This document shows positions 29,301 through 42,508 of a stretch of 64,000 nt of DNA, piece by piece; within the stretch, counting starts at the first letter, position 1; each line of letters opens with the position of its first letter. The notes beneath the pieces were generated by a model. The model searched no databases and was not told the DNA's origin. It saw nothing but the letters and a program-made list of their open reading frames with translations. The position numbers and the translations under genes were made by a program. Source of the DNA: the human T2T-CHM13v2.0 reference genome, Homo sapiens; the NCBI RefSeq assembly GCF_009914755.1, contig NC_060939.1; one strand, given 5' to 3'.

Positions 29301-32300
29301 TTCCATTCCATTCGAGCACATTCCATTCGAGTCCATTCCATTCGATGCCATTCCATTTGATTCTATTCCATAAGTCTCCATTCAATTCCATTAATCTCCA
29401 TTCCATTCCATTCTACTCCAACTGATTCCATTCCATTCTATTCCTTTCCATTCCATTCCATTCGCTTCCATTCCATTCGTGTCCATTCCACTCCAGTCCA
29501 TTCTGTTCGTGTCCATTCCATTCCAGTCCATTCCATTTGTGTCCACTGCATTCCATTCCACTCCTTTCCATATTATTCCATTACACTCCATTCCCTTCTA
29601 TTACTTTCATTTCCATTCAGTTCCATTCCATTTGATTCCATTCCACTCGGTTTCATTCCATTTGAGTCCATTCCATTCCATTCCATTACATTACATTACA
29701 TTACATTCAGTTCCATTCCATTCTGTTCCATTCCATTCCATTCCATTCGGTACTATTCCACATTGTTCCATTCGATTCCATTCGAATCCATTCCATTCCA
29801 GTCCATTCCATTCGATTCCATTCCATTCCTTTCAATTCCATTCCATTCCATTCCATTCCACTTGTTTCCACTCCATTCCCTTCGACTGCATTCCATTCGA
29901 TTCCATTCCATTGCATTGCATTCCATTCCATTAGATTGCATTCCATTCGATTCCATTTCATTCCAATCAATTACATAGCAATCCATTACATTCGAGTCTA
30001 TTCTATTCCGTTCCATTCGATTTCGTTCCAATCCATTCGATTCCAATCCATTCGATTCCATTCCGTACTATTGCATTCCATTCGATTAAATTATATTCGA
30101 ATAAATTCCATTCAAGACCATTTCTGTTGAGTCCATTCTACTTGAGTCCGTTCCCTTTGATCCCATAACATTTCAGTCCATTCAATTCCATTCCTTTCGT
30201 TTCCATTCCATTTGATGCCATTCCATTCAATTCTGTTCTACTCGACTCCAATACATTCAATTCCATTCCATCCGATTCCATTACATTCTTTTCATTTCTT
30301 ATCCATTTCAAGCCATTCCATTCCATTCCATTCCATTCCACTCGTTTCCTTTCCATTCGAGTCCATTCCACTCCTGTCCATTCCATTCGAATCCATTTCA
30401 CTCCAGTCCATTCCATTCGAATCCATTTCACTCCAGTCCATTAAATTCGAGTACATTAAATTCCATTCCATTCAATGCCATTCCATTCGATTCTATTCCA
30501 TTCGACACCATTCCTTTCCATTCCGTTCCATCCAATTCCATTCCATTGTATTCCATTCAATTCCATTCCATTGCATTCCATTCGTTTCCATTCCATTCGA
30601 ATTCATTCCACTCAAGTCCATTCCATTCGAGTCCATTCCATTCGATATCATTCCATACTATTGCATTCCATTCGATTCCATTGTTTTCGAATAAATTCCA
30701 ACCGAGACCATTCCTTTCGTGTCCATTCTATTTGACTGCATTCCATTTGAGTCCATTAAATTTCTGCACATTCCATTCCTTTCCATTCCATTCCGTTCCA
30801 TTCCTTTCGGTGCCATTCCTTTCCACTCTAATCCATTCAAGTCCATTCCATTTGAGTCCATTCCATTGATTCGATGCCATTACATTCAATTCCATTCCAT
30901 TCGACTCCATTCCATTCCATTCCCTTCCAAACGATTCCATTCCATTCTATTACTTTCTATTCCAATCCATTCAATTCCGTTCCATTCGTTTCCATTCCAT
31001 TCGAGTCCACTCCATTCCAGTCCATTCCATTCGATTCCATTCCATTCCAGTCCATTCCATTCAAGTCCATTCCACTCCATTCCATTCCATTCGATATCTT
31101 TCGATAACACCCCATTCCATTCTGCTCCTTACAATTCAATTCAATTCCATTCCATTTGATTCCATTCCATTTGATTACATTCCATTCGACTCCATTCCAT
31201 TCGACTCAATTCCATTCGAGTCCATTCCATTCCATTCCATTGCATTCCGTTCGAATCCCTATTCCATTCCATTTTGTTACTGTCCATTCCATTTGAGTCC
31301 ATTCCATGCCAAACCATTCCATTCGATTCCATTCCAATAGATTCCATTGCACTCGAATCCAGTGCGTTCCATTCCATTGCTTTCCATTCTATTACATTCC
31401 ATTGCATTCCATTCCATTCCATTTGATTGCATTCCATTCAATTCCATTAATTTCGAATCAATTACATTGCAATCCATTGCATTCGAGTTCTATTCCAGTC
31501 CATTGCATTCCGGCGCATTCCGTTCCATTCCATTCCATTCGATTCCGTTCCATTCGAATCGATTGCATTGCAATGCTTTACATTCGAGTCCTTTTTATTC
31601 CAGTCCAATCCATTCCGGTCCATTCCGTTCGATTCCATTCCATTCGATGCCACTCCATACTATTGTATTTCATTCGATTCCATTCTATTCAAATAAATTC
31701 CATTCGAGACCATTCCTTTCGAGTCCATTCTATTTGAGTCCATTCCATTCGAGTCCATTATATTTGGGTCCATTCCATTCAATTCCATTGCAATCCATTC
31801 CATTCGATGTCACTCCATTCATTTCTATTCCATTAGAGTCCATGTCATTCGAGTCCATTCCATTCTATTCTATTCCACTCCATTCCATTCCATTGCATTC
31901 CACTCCATTCCATTCTTTGCCGTTCCATTCAATTCTATTATATTCCACTCCATTTAATTCCATTCCATTCCATTCCATTCCATTCCATTCTATCCAATTC
32001 CGTTCCACTCTATTCCTTTAAAGTCCATTCCATTCCATTCCATTCGTTTCCATTCCATTCGAGTAAAGTCCACTCCAGTCCTTTCCATTCGAGTCCATTC
32101 CTCTCCAGTCCATTCCGTTCAATCCATTCCATTCCAGTCCATTCCATTCGAGTCCGTTCCATTCCAGTCCATTCCATTCGAGTCAATTCCATTCCATTCG
32201 ATATCTTTCCATAACGATCCATTCCATTCTATTCCTTTCAATTCCATTCAATTCCATTCCATTCTATTTCATTCCATTCGATTCCCTTCCATTGGACTCC

Positions 32301-34000
32301 TTTCCATTCGAGTGCATTCCATTCCGTTCCATTTCTTTCTGTTCTGTATCATTCCTACCGTTCGATTTCATTTTGTTCCAGTCTATTCCTTTCACGTCCA
32401 TTCCATTCCATTTCACTCCATTCGATTCCATTCCACTCGATTCCCCTCCGTTCCATTTCATTGCATTCCATTCTATTCAATTCTATTGCATTCCATTCCA
32501 TTCCATTTGATTACATTCCATGCGATTCCATTCGAATTCGAATCAATTACATTGAAATCCATTACTATTGAGTCCGTTTTACTCCAGTCCACTCCATTCT
32601 GCTCCATTCCATTTGATTCCATTCCATTCTATTCCATTCCGTACAGTTGCATTCCATTGGATTCCATTCTATATCTATAAATGCAACTCGAGACCATTGC
32701 TTTTGAGTCCATTCTATATGATTCCATTCCATTCAAGTCCATTACATTTGGTTCAATTCCATTCCATTCCATTCCCTTCCATTCCATTCCATTTGATATC
32801 AATCCATTCGATTCCATTCCACTCGAGTACATTCCAGTCGAGTCCATTCCATTCGATGCCATTCCATTTGATTCTATTCCATTAGACTCCATTCAATTCC
32901 ATTAATCTCCATTCCATTCCATTCTACTCCAACTGATTTCATTCCATTCTATTCCTTTCCATTCCATTCCATTCTATTCGCTTCTATTCCATTCGTGTCC
33001 ATTCCACTCCAGTCCATTCCATTCGTGTCCATTCCATTCCAGTCCATTCCATTTGTGTCCACTGCATTCCATTCCACTCCATTCCATATTATTCCATTAC
33101 AATCCATTCCATTCTATTACTTTCATTTCCATTCAGTTCCATTCCATTTGATTCCATTCCACTCGGTTTCACTCCATTTGAGTCCATTCCATTCCATTCC
33201 ATTCCATTCTGTTCCATTCCACTCCATTCCATTCCATTCCATTCCATTCGGTACCATTCCATATTGTTCCATTCGATTCCATTCGAATCCATTCCATTCC
33301 AGTCCATTCCATTCGATTCCATTCCATTCCTTTCAATTCCATTCCATTCCATTCGATTCCACTTGATTCCACTCCATTCCCTTCCACTGCATTCCATTCG
33401 ATTCCATTCCATTGCATTGCATTCCATTCCATTGGATTGCATTCCATTCGATTCCATTCCTTTCGAATATATTACATAGCAATCCATTACATTCGAGTCT
33501 GTTCTATTCCGTTGCATTCGATTTCATTCCAATCCATTCGATTCCATTCCATTCGATTCCATTCCATACTATTGCATTCCATTCGATTAAATTATATTCG
33601 AATAAATTCCATTCAAGACCATTTCTGTTGAGTCCATTCTACTTGAGTCCATTCCCTTTGATTCCATAACATTTGAGTCCATTCAATTCCATTCCTTTCG
33701 TTTCCATTCCATTTGATGCCATTCCATTCAATTCTGTTCTACTCGACTCCAATACATTCAATTCCATTCCATCCGATTCCATTACATTCTTTTCATTTCT
33801 TATCCATTTCAAGCCATTCCATTCCATTCCATTCCACTCGTTTCCTTTCCATTCGAGTCCATTCCACTCCAGTCCATTCCATTCGAATCCATTTCACTCC
33901 AGTCCATTCCATTCGAATCCGTTTCACTCCAGTCCATTAAATTCGAGTACATTCCATTCCATTCTATTCAATGCCATTCCATTCGATTCTATTCCATTCG
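23350..34000 (+). repeat. Segment ~23.35-27.1 kb repeated at ~30.2-34.0 kb (offset 6,853-6,858 bp)
   Basis: Shared private variants include cactcctgtc (23511/30369), gagtacattaaattcc, ccactctaatcc, gatatctttcgataac, gagtacattccagtcgag and aactgatttc. Confidence 0.8.
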
Positions 34001-36399
34001 ACACCATTCCTTTCCATTCCGTTCCATCCGATTCCATTCCATTGTATTCCATTCAATTCCATTCCATTGCATTCCATTCGTTTCCATTCCATTCGAATTC
34101 ATTCCACTCAAGTCCATTCCATTCGAGTCCATTCCATTCGATATCATTCCATACTATTGCATTCCATTCGATTCCATTGTTTTCGAATAAATTCCAACCG
34201 AGACCATTCCTTTCGTGTCCTTTCTATTTGACTGCATTCCATTTGAGTCCATTAAATTTCTGCACATTCCATTCCTTTCCATTCCATTCCATTCCATTCC
34301 TTTCGGTGCCATTCCATTCCACTCTACTCCATTCAAGTCCATTCCATTTGAGTCCATTCCATTGATTCGATGCCATTACATTCAATTCTATTCCATTCGA
34401 ATCCATTCCATTCCATTTCCTTCCAAACGATTCCATTCCATTCTATTACTTTCTATTCCAATCCATTCCATTCCGTTCCATTCGTTTCCATTCCATTCGA
34501 GTCCACTCCATTCCATTTCATTCCATTCCATTCCAGTCCATTCCTTTCAAGTCCATTCCACTCCATTCCATTCCATTCGATATCTTTTGATAACACCCCA
34601 TTCCATTCTGCTCCTTACAATTCAATTCAATTCCAGTCCATTTGATTCCATTCCATTTGATTACATTCCATTCGAATCCATTCCATTCGACTCTATTCCA
34701 TTCGAGTACATTCCATTCCATTCCATTGCATTCCGTTCGAATCCCTATTCCATTCCATTTTGTTACTGTCCATTCCATTTGAGTCCATTCCATGCCAAAC
34801 CATTCCATTCGATTCCATTCCAATAGATTCCATTGCACTCGAATCCAGTGCGTTCCATTCCATTGCTTTCCATTCTATTACATTCCATTGCATTACATTC
34901 CATTCCATTTGATTGCATTCCATTCAATTCCATTAATTTCGAATCAATTACATTGCAATCCATTGCATTCGAGTTCTATTCCAGTCCATTGCATTCCGGC
35001 GCATTCCGTTCCATTCCATTCCATTCGATTCCGTTCCATTCGAATCGATTGCATTGCAATGCTTTACATTCGAGTCCTTTTTATTCCAGTCCAATCCATT
35101 CCGGTCCATTCCGTTCGATTCCATTCCATTCGATGCCACTCCATACTATTGTATTTCATTCGATTCCATTCTATTCAAATAAATTCCATTCGAGACCATT
35201 CCTTTCGAGTCCATTCTATTTGAGTCCATTCCATTCGAGTCCATTATATTTGGGTCCATTCCATTCAATTCCATTGCAATCCATTCCATTCGATGTCACT
35301 CCATTCATTTCTATTCCATTAGAGTCCATGTCATTCGAGTCCATTCCATTCTATTCTATTCCACTCCATTCCATTCCATTGCATTCCACTCCATTCCATT
35401 CTTTGCCGTTCCATTCAATTCTATTATATTCCACTCCATTTAATTCCATTCCATTCCATTCCATTCCATTCCATTCTATCCAATTCCGTTCCACTCTATT
35501 CCTTTAAAGTCCATTCCATTCCATTCCATTCGTTTCCATTCCATTCGAGTAAAGTCCACTCCAGTCCTTTCCATTCGAGTCCATTCCTCTCCAGTCCATT
35601 CCGTTCAATCCATTCCATTCCAGTCCATTCCATTCGAGTCCGTTCCATTCCAGTCCATTCCATTCGAGTCAATTCCATTCCATTCGATATCTTTCCATAA
35701 CGATCCATTCCATTCTATTCCTTTCAATTCCATTCAATTCCATTCCATTCTATTTCATTCCATTCGATTCCCTTCCATTGGACTCCTTTCCATTCGAGTG
35801 CATTCCATTCCGTTCCATTTCTTTCTGTTCTGTATGATTCCTACCGTTCGATTTCATTTTGTTCCAGTCTATTCCTTTCAAGTCCATTCCATTCCATTTC
35901 ACTCCATTCGATTCCATTCCACTCGATTCCCCTCCGTTCCATTTCATTGCATTCCATTCTATTCAATTCTATATTGCATTCCATTCCATTCCATTTGATT
36001 ACATTCCATGCGATTCCATTCGAATTCGAATCAATTACATTGAAATCCATTACTATTGAGTCCGTTTTACTCCAGTCCACTCCATTCTGCTCCATTCCAT
36101 TTGATTCCATTCCATTCTATTCCATTCCGTACAGTTGCATTCCATTGGATTGCATTCAATATCTATAAATGCAACTCGAGACCATTGCTTTTGAGTCCAT
36201 TCTATATGATTCCATTCCATTCAAGTCCATTACATTTGGTTCAATTCCATTCCATTCCATTCCCTTCCATTCCATTCCATTTGATATCAATCCATTCGAT
36301 TCCATTCCATTCGAGCACATTCCAATTGAGTCCATTCCATTCGATGCCATTCCATTTGATTCTATTCCATTAGACTCCATTCAATTCCATTAATCTCCA

Positions 36400-39300
36400 T
36401 TCCATTCCATTCTACTCCAACTGATTCCATTCCATTCTATTCCTTTCCATTCCATTTCATTCCATTAGGTTCTATTTCATTCCATTCCATTCCATTCCAT
36501 TCCATTTCATTCCATTCCATTCCATTCGCTTCCATTCCTTTCGTGTCCATTCCACTCCAGTCCATTCCACTCGTGTCCATTCCATTCCAGTCCATTCCTT
36601 TTGTGTCTACTGCATTCCATTCCACTCCATTCCATATTATTCCATTACACTCCATTGCATTCTATTACTTTCATTTCCTTTCAATTCCATTCCATTTGAT
36701 TCCATTGCACTCGGTTTCATTCCATTTGAGTCCATTCCTTTCCATTCCATTCCATTCCATTCCATTCCATTCCATTCCATTCATTCAGTTCCATTCCATT
36801 CTGTTCCATTTCATTCAATTCCATTCCATTCCATTCCTTTCCATTCGGTAGCATTCCATATTGTTCCATTCGATTCCATTCGAATCCATTCCATTCCAGT
36901 CCATTCCATTCGATTCAATTCCATTCCTTTCAATACCATTCCATTCCATTCCATTCCACTTGATTCCACTCCATTCCCTTCCACTGCATTCCTTTCGATT
37001 CCATTCAATTGCATTTCATTCCATTCCATTGGATTGCATTCCATTCGATTCCATTCCATTCGAATTAATTACATAGCAATCCATTACATTCGAGTCTATT
37101 CTATTCCGTTCCATTCGATTTCGTTCCAATGCATTCGATTCCATTCCATTCGATTCCATTCCATACTATTGCATTCCATTCGATTAAATTATATTCGAAT
37201 AAGTTCCATTCAATACCATTTCTTTTGAGTCCATTCTATTTGAGTCCATTCCCTTTGATTCCATAACATTTGAGTCCATTCAATTCCATTCCTTTCGTTT
37301 CCATTCCATTTGATGCCATTCCATTCAATTCTGTTCTACTCGACTCCAATACATTCAATTCCATTCCATCCGATTCCATTACATTCTTTTCATTTCTTAT
37401 CCATTTCAAGCCATTTCATTCCATTCCATTCCACTCGTTTCCTTTCCATTCGGGTCCATTCCTCTCCAGTCCATTCCGTTCAATCCATTCCATTCCAGTC
37501 TATTCCATTCGAGTCCGTTCCATTCCAGTCCATTCCATTCGAGTCAATTCCATTCCATTCGATTTCTTTCCATAACGATCCATTCCATTCTATTCCTTTC
37601 GATTCCATTCCGTTCTATTTCATTCCATTCGATTCCCTTCCATTGGACTCCTTTCCATTCGAGTGCATTCCATTCCGTTCCATTTCTTTCCTTTCTGAAC
37701 GATTCCTACCGTTCGATTTCATTTTGTTCCAGTCCATTCCTTTCGCGTCCATTCCATTCCATTTCACTCCATTCGATTCCGTTCCATTCGATTCCATTCC
37801 ACTCGATTCCACTTCGTTCCATTTCATTGCATTCCATTCTATTCAACTCTATTGCCTTCCATTCCATTCCATTCGATTACATTCCATGCGATTCCATTCG
37901 AAATCGAATCAATTAGATTGCAATCCATTACTATTGAGTCCGTTTTATTCCAGTCCACTGCATTCTGGTCCATTCCATTTGATTCCATTCCATTCTATTC
38001 CATTCCATACAGTTGCATTCCATTGGATTCCATTCTATATCTATAAATTCAATTCGAGACCATTGCTTTTGAGTCCATTCTATATGATTCCATTCCATTC
38101 AAGTCCATTACATTTGGTTCAATTCCATTCCATTTCATTTCCTTCCATTCCATTCCATTTGATATCAATCCATTCGATTCCATTCCATTCGAGCACATTC
38201 CATTCGAGTCCATTCCATTCGATGCCTATCCATTTGATTCTATTCCATTAGTCTCCATTCAATTCCATTAATCTCCATTCCATTCCATTCTACTCCAACT
38301 GATTCTATTCCTTTGCATTCCATTTCATTCCATTACGTTCCATTTCATTCCATTTCATTCCATTCCATTCCATTGCATTCCCTTCATTCCATTCGTGTCC
38401 ATTCCTCTCCAGTCCATTCCATTCGTGTCCATTCCATTCCAGTCCATTCCATTTGTGTCCACTGCATTCCATTCCACTCCATTCCATATTATTCCATTAC
38501 ACTGCATTCCATTCTATTACTTTCATTTCCATTCAATTCCATTCCTTTTGATTCCATTCCACTCGGTTTCATTCCATTTGAGTCCATTCCATTCCATTCC
38601 ATTCCATTCAGTTCCATTCCATTCGGTTCCATTCCATTCCATTCCATCCCATCCCATTCCATTCCATTCCATTCCATTCGCTACCATTCCATATTGTTCC
38701 ATTCGATTCCATTCGAATCCATTCCATTCCAGTCAATTCCATTCGATTCCAATCCATTCCTTTCAATTCCATTCCATTCCATTTCATTCCACTTGATTCC
38801 ACTCCATTCCCTTCCACTGCATTCCATTCGAATCCATTCAATTGCATTGCATTCCATTCCATTGGATTGCATTCCATTCGCTTCCATTCCATTCGTGTCC
38901 ATTCCATTCGTGTCCATTCCATGCCAGTCCATTCCATTTGTGTCCACTGCATTCCATTCCACTCCATTCCATATTATTCCATTACACTCCATTCCATTCT
39001 ATTACAGTCATTTCCATTCAATTCCATTCCATTTGATTCCATTCCACACGGTTTCATTCCATTTGAGTCCATTCCATTCCATTCCATTCAGTTCCATTCC
39101 ATTCTGTTGCATTCCTTTCCATTCCATTCCATTCCATTCGGTACCATTCCATATTGTTCCATTCGATTCCATTCGTATCCATACCATTCCAGTCCATTCC
39201 ATTCGATTCCATTAGATTCCTTTCAATTCCATTCCATTCCATTCCATTCCACTTGATTCCACTCCCTTCCCTTCCACTGCATTCCATTCGAATCCATTCC

Positions 39301-42300
39301 ATTGCATTGCATTCCATTCCATTGGATTGCATTCCATTCGATTCCATTCCATTCGAATCAATTACATAGCAGTCCATTACATTCGAGTCTATTCTATTCC
39401 GTTCCATTCGATTTCGTTCCAATCCATTCGATTCCATTCCATTCGATTCCATTCCATAATATTGCATTCCATTCGATTAAATTATATTCGAATAAGTTCC
39501 ATTCAAGACCATTTCTTTTGAGTCCATTCTATTTGAGTCCATTCCCTTTGATTCCATAACATTTGAGTCCATTCAATTCCATTCCTTTCGTTTCCATTCC
39601 ATTTGATGCCATTCCATTCAATTCTGTTCTACTCGACTCCAATACATTCAATTCCATTCCATCCGATTCCATTACATTCTTTTCATTTCTTATCCATTTC
39701 AAGCCATTCCACTCCATTCCATTCCACTCGTTTCCTTTCCATTCGAGTCCATTCCTCTCCAGTCCATTCCGTTCAATCCATTCCATTCCAGTCCATTCCA
39801 TTCGAGTCCGTTCCATTCCAGTCCATTCCATTCGAGTCAATTCCATTCCATTCGATGTCTTTCCATAACGATCCATTCCATTCTATTCCTTTCGATTCCA
39901 TTCCATTCTATTTCATTCCATTCGATTCCCTTCCATTGGACTCCTTTCCATTCGAGTGCATTCCATTCCGTTCCATTTCTTTCCGTTCTGTACGATTCCT
40001 ACCGTTCGATTTCATTTTGTTCCAGTCCATTCTTTCGCGTCCATTCCATTCCATTTCACTCCATTCGATTCCATTCCACTCGATTCCACTTCGTTCCATT
40101 TCATTGCATTCCATTCTATTCAACTCTATTGCCTTCCATTCCATTCCATTCGATTACATTCCATGCGATTCCATTCGAAATCGAGTCAATTACATTGCAA
40201 TCCATTACTATTGAGTCCGTTTTATTCCAGTCCACTGCATTCTGGTCCATTCCATTTGATTCCATTCCATTCTATTCCATTCCATACAGTTGCATTCCAT
40301 TGGATTCCATTCTATATCTATAAATTCAATTAGAGACCATTGCTTTTGAGTCCATTCTATATGATTCCATTCCATTCAAGTCCATTACATTTGGTTCAAT
40401 TCCATTCCATTTCATTTCCTTCCATTCCATTCCATTTGATATAAATCCATTCGATTCCATTCCATTCGAGCACATTCCATTCGAGTCCATTCCATTCGAT
40501 GCCTATCCATTTGATTCTATTCCATTAGTCTCCATTCAATTCCATTAATCTCCATTCCATTCCATTCTACTACAACTGATTCTATTCCTTTGCATTCCAT
40601 TTCATTCCATTACGTTCCATTTCATTCCATTTCATTCCATTCCATTCCATTGCATTCCCTTCATTCCATTCGTGTCCATTCCACTCCAGTCCATTCCATT
40701 CGTGTCCATTCCATTCCAGTCCATTCCATTTGTGTCCACTGCATTCCATTCCACTCCATTCCATATTATTCCATTACACTGCATTCCATTCTATTACTTT
40801 CATTTCCATTCAATTCCATTCCTTTTGATTCCATTCCACTCGGTTTCATTCCATTTGAGTCCATTCCATTCCATTCCATTCCATTCAGTTCCATTCCATT
40901 CGGTTCCATTCCATTCCATTCCATCCCATCCCATTCCATTCCATTCCATTCCATTCGCTACCATTCCATATTGTTCCATTCGATTCCATTCGAATCCATT
41001 CCATTCCAGTCAATTCCATTCGATACCAATCCATTCCTTTCAATTCCATTCCATTCCATTCCATTCCACTTGATTCCACTCCATTCCCTTCCACTGCATT
41101 CCATTCGAATCCATTCAATTGCATTGCATTCCATTCCATTGGATTGCATTCCATTCGCTTCCATTCCATTCGTGTCCATTCCATTCGTGTCCATTCCATG
41201 CCAGTCCATTCCATTTGTGTCCACTGCATTCCATTCCACTCCATTCCATATTATTCCATTACACTCCATTCCATTCTATTACAGTCATTTCCATTCAATT
41301 CCATTCCATTTGATTCCATTCCACTCGGTTTCATTCCATTTGAGTCCATTCCATTCCATTCCATTCTGTTGCATTCCTTTCCATTCCATTCCATTCCATT
41401 CGGTACCATTCCATATTGTTCCATTCGATTCCATTCGAATCCTTACCATTCCAGTCCATTCCATTCGATTCCATTAGATTCCTTTCAATTCCCTTCCATT
41501 CCATTCCATTTGATATCAATCCATTCGATTCCATTCCATTCGAGCACATTCCATTCGAGTCCATTCCATTCGATGCCATTCCATTTGATTCTATTCAATT
41601 AGTCTCCATTCAATTCCATTAATCTCCATTACATTCCATTCTACTCCAACTGATTCCATTCCTTTCTATTCCTTTCCATTCCATTTCATTCCATTCCATT
41701 CCATTTCATTCCATTCCATTCCATTCCCTTCATTCCATTCGTGTCCATTCCACTCCAGTCCATTCCATTCGTGTCCATTCCATTCCAGTCCATTCCATTT
41801 GTGTCCACTGCATTCCATTCCACTCCATTCCATATTATTCCATTAAACTGCATTCCATTCTATTACTTTCATTTCCATTCAATTCCATTCCTTTTGATTC
41901 CATTCCACTCGGTTTCATTCCATTTGAGTCCATTCCTTTCCATTCCATTCCATTCAATTCCATTCCATTCCATTCCATTCCATTCCATTCCATTCCTTTC
42001 CATTCCATTCCATTCCATTCCATTCCATTCCTTTCCATTCAGTTCCATTCCATTCTGTTCCATTCCATTCCATTCCATTCCATTCGGTACCATTCCATAT
42101 TGTTCCATGCGATTCCTTTCGAATCCATTCCGTTCCAGTCCATTCCATTCGATTTCATTCCATTCCTTTCAATTCCGTTCAATTCCATTCCATTCCACTT
42201 GATTCCACTCCATTCCCTTCCACTGCATTCCATTCGATTCCATTCCATTGCATTGCATTCCATTCCATTGGATTGCATTCCATTCGATTCCATTCCATTC

Positions 42301-42508
42301 GAATCAATTACATAGCAATCCATTACATTCGAGTCTATTCTATTCCGTTCCATTCGATTTCGTTCCAATGCATTCGATTCCACTCCATTCGATTCCATTT
42401 CATACTATTGCATTCCATTCGATTAAATTATATTCGAATAATTTCCATTCAAGACCATTTCTTTTGAGTCCATTCTATTTGAGTCCATTCCCTTTGATTC
42501 CATAACAT
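36400..42508 (+). repeat. Transition zone: 1.8 kb-family sequence in expanded units (2,293 and 2,946 bp)
   Basis: The landmark falls at 37270, 39563 and 42509. These units carry 1.8 kb-family variants (gaaatcga, aaattcaatt, aataagttcc, tttcgcgtcc) but contain extra copies of the tgtgtccactg...KpnI block. Confidence 0.85.

Larger units (their letters stand above)
1..36400 (+). repeat. ~3.5 kb higher-order repeat domain (~10.4 copies)
   Basis: The landmark following ctttgattccataacatt recurs at 2319, 5791, 9287, 12782, 16278, 19818, 23314, 26820, ~30172, 33673 and 37270 (spacings 3472, 3496, 3495, 3496, 3540, 3496, 3506, 3352, 3501, 3597). Words such as gataacacccc, gccaaacc, ggcgcattcc and gagtaaagtcc occur once per unit. 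Confidence 0.95.

Noticed and set aside
1-36400. Identification as Y-chromosome DYZ1 (~3.56 kb HaeIII repeat)
   Set aside because: The period is similar, but I saw no once-per-unit GGCC site, and the unit is colinear with the adjacent 1.8 kb KpnI repeat. An alignment to DYZ1 would settle it.
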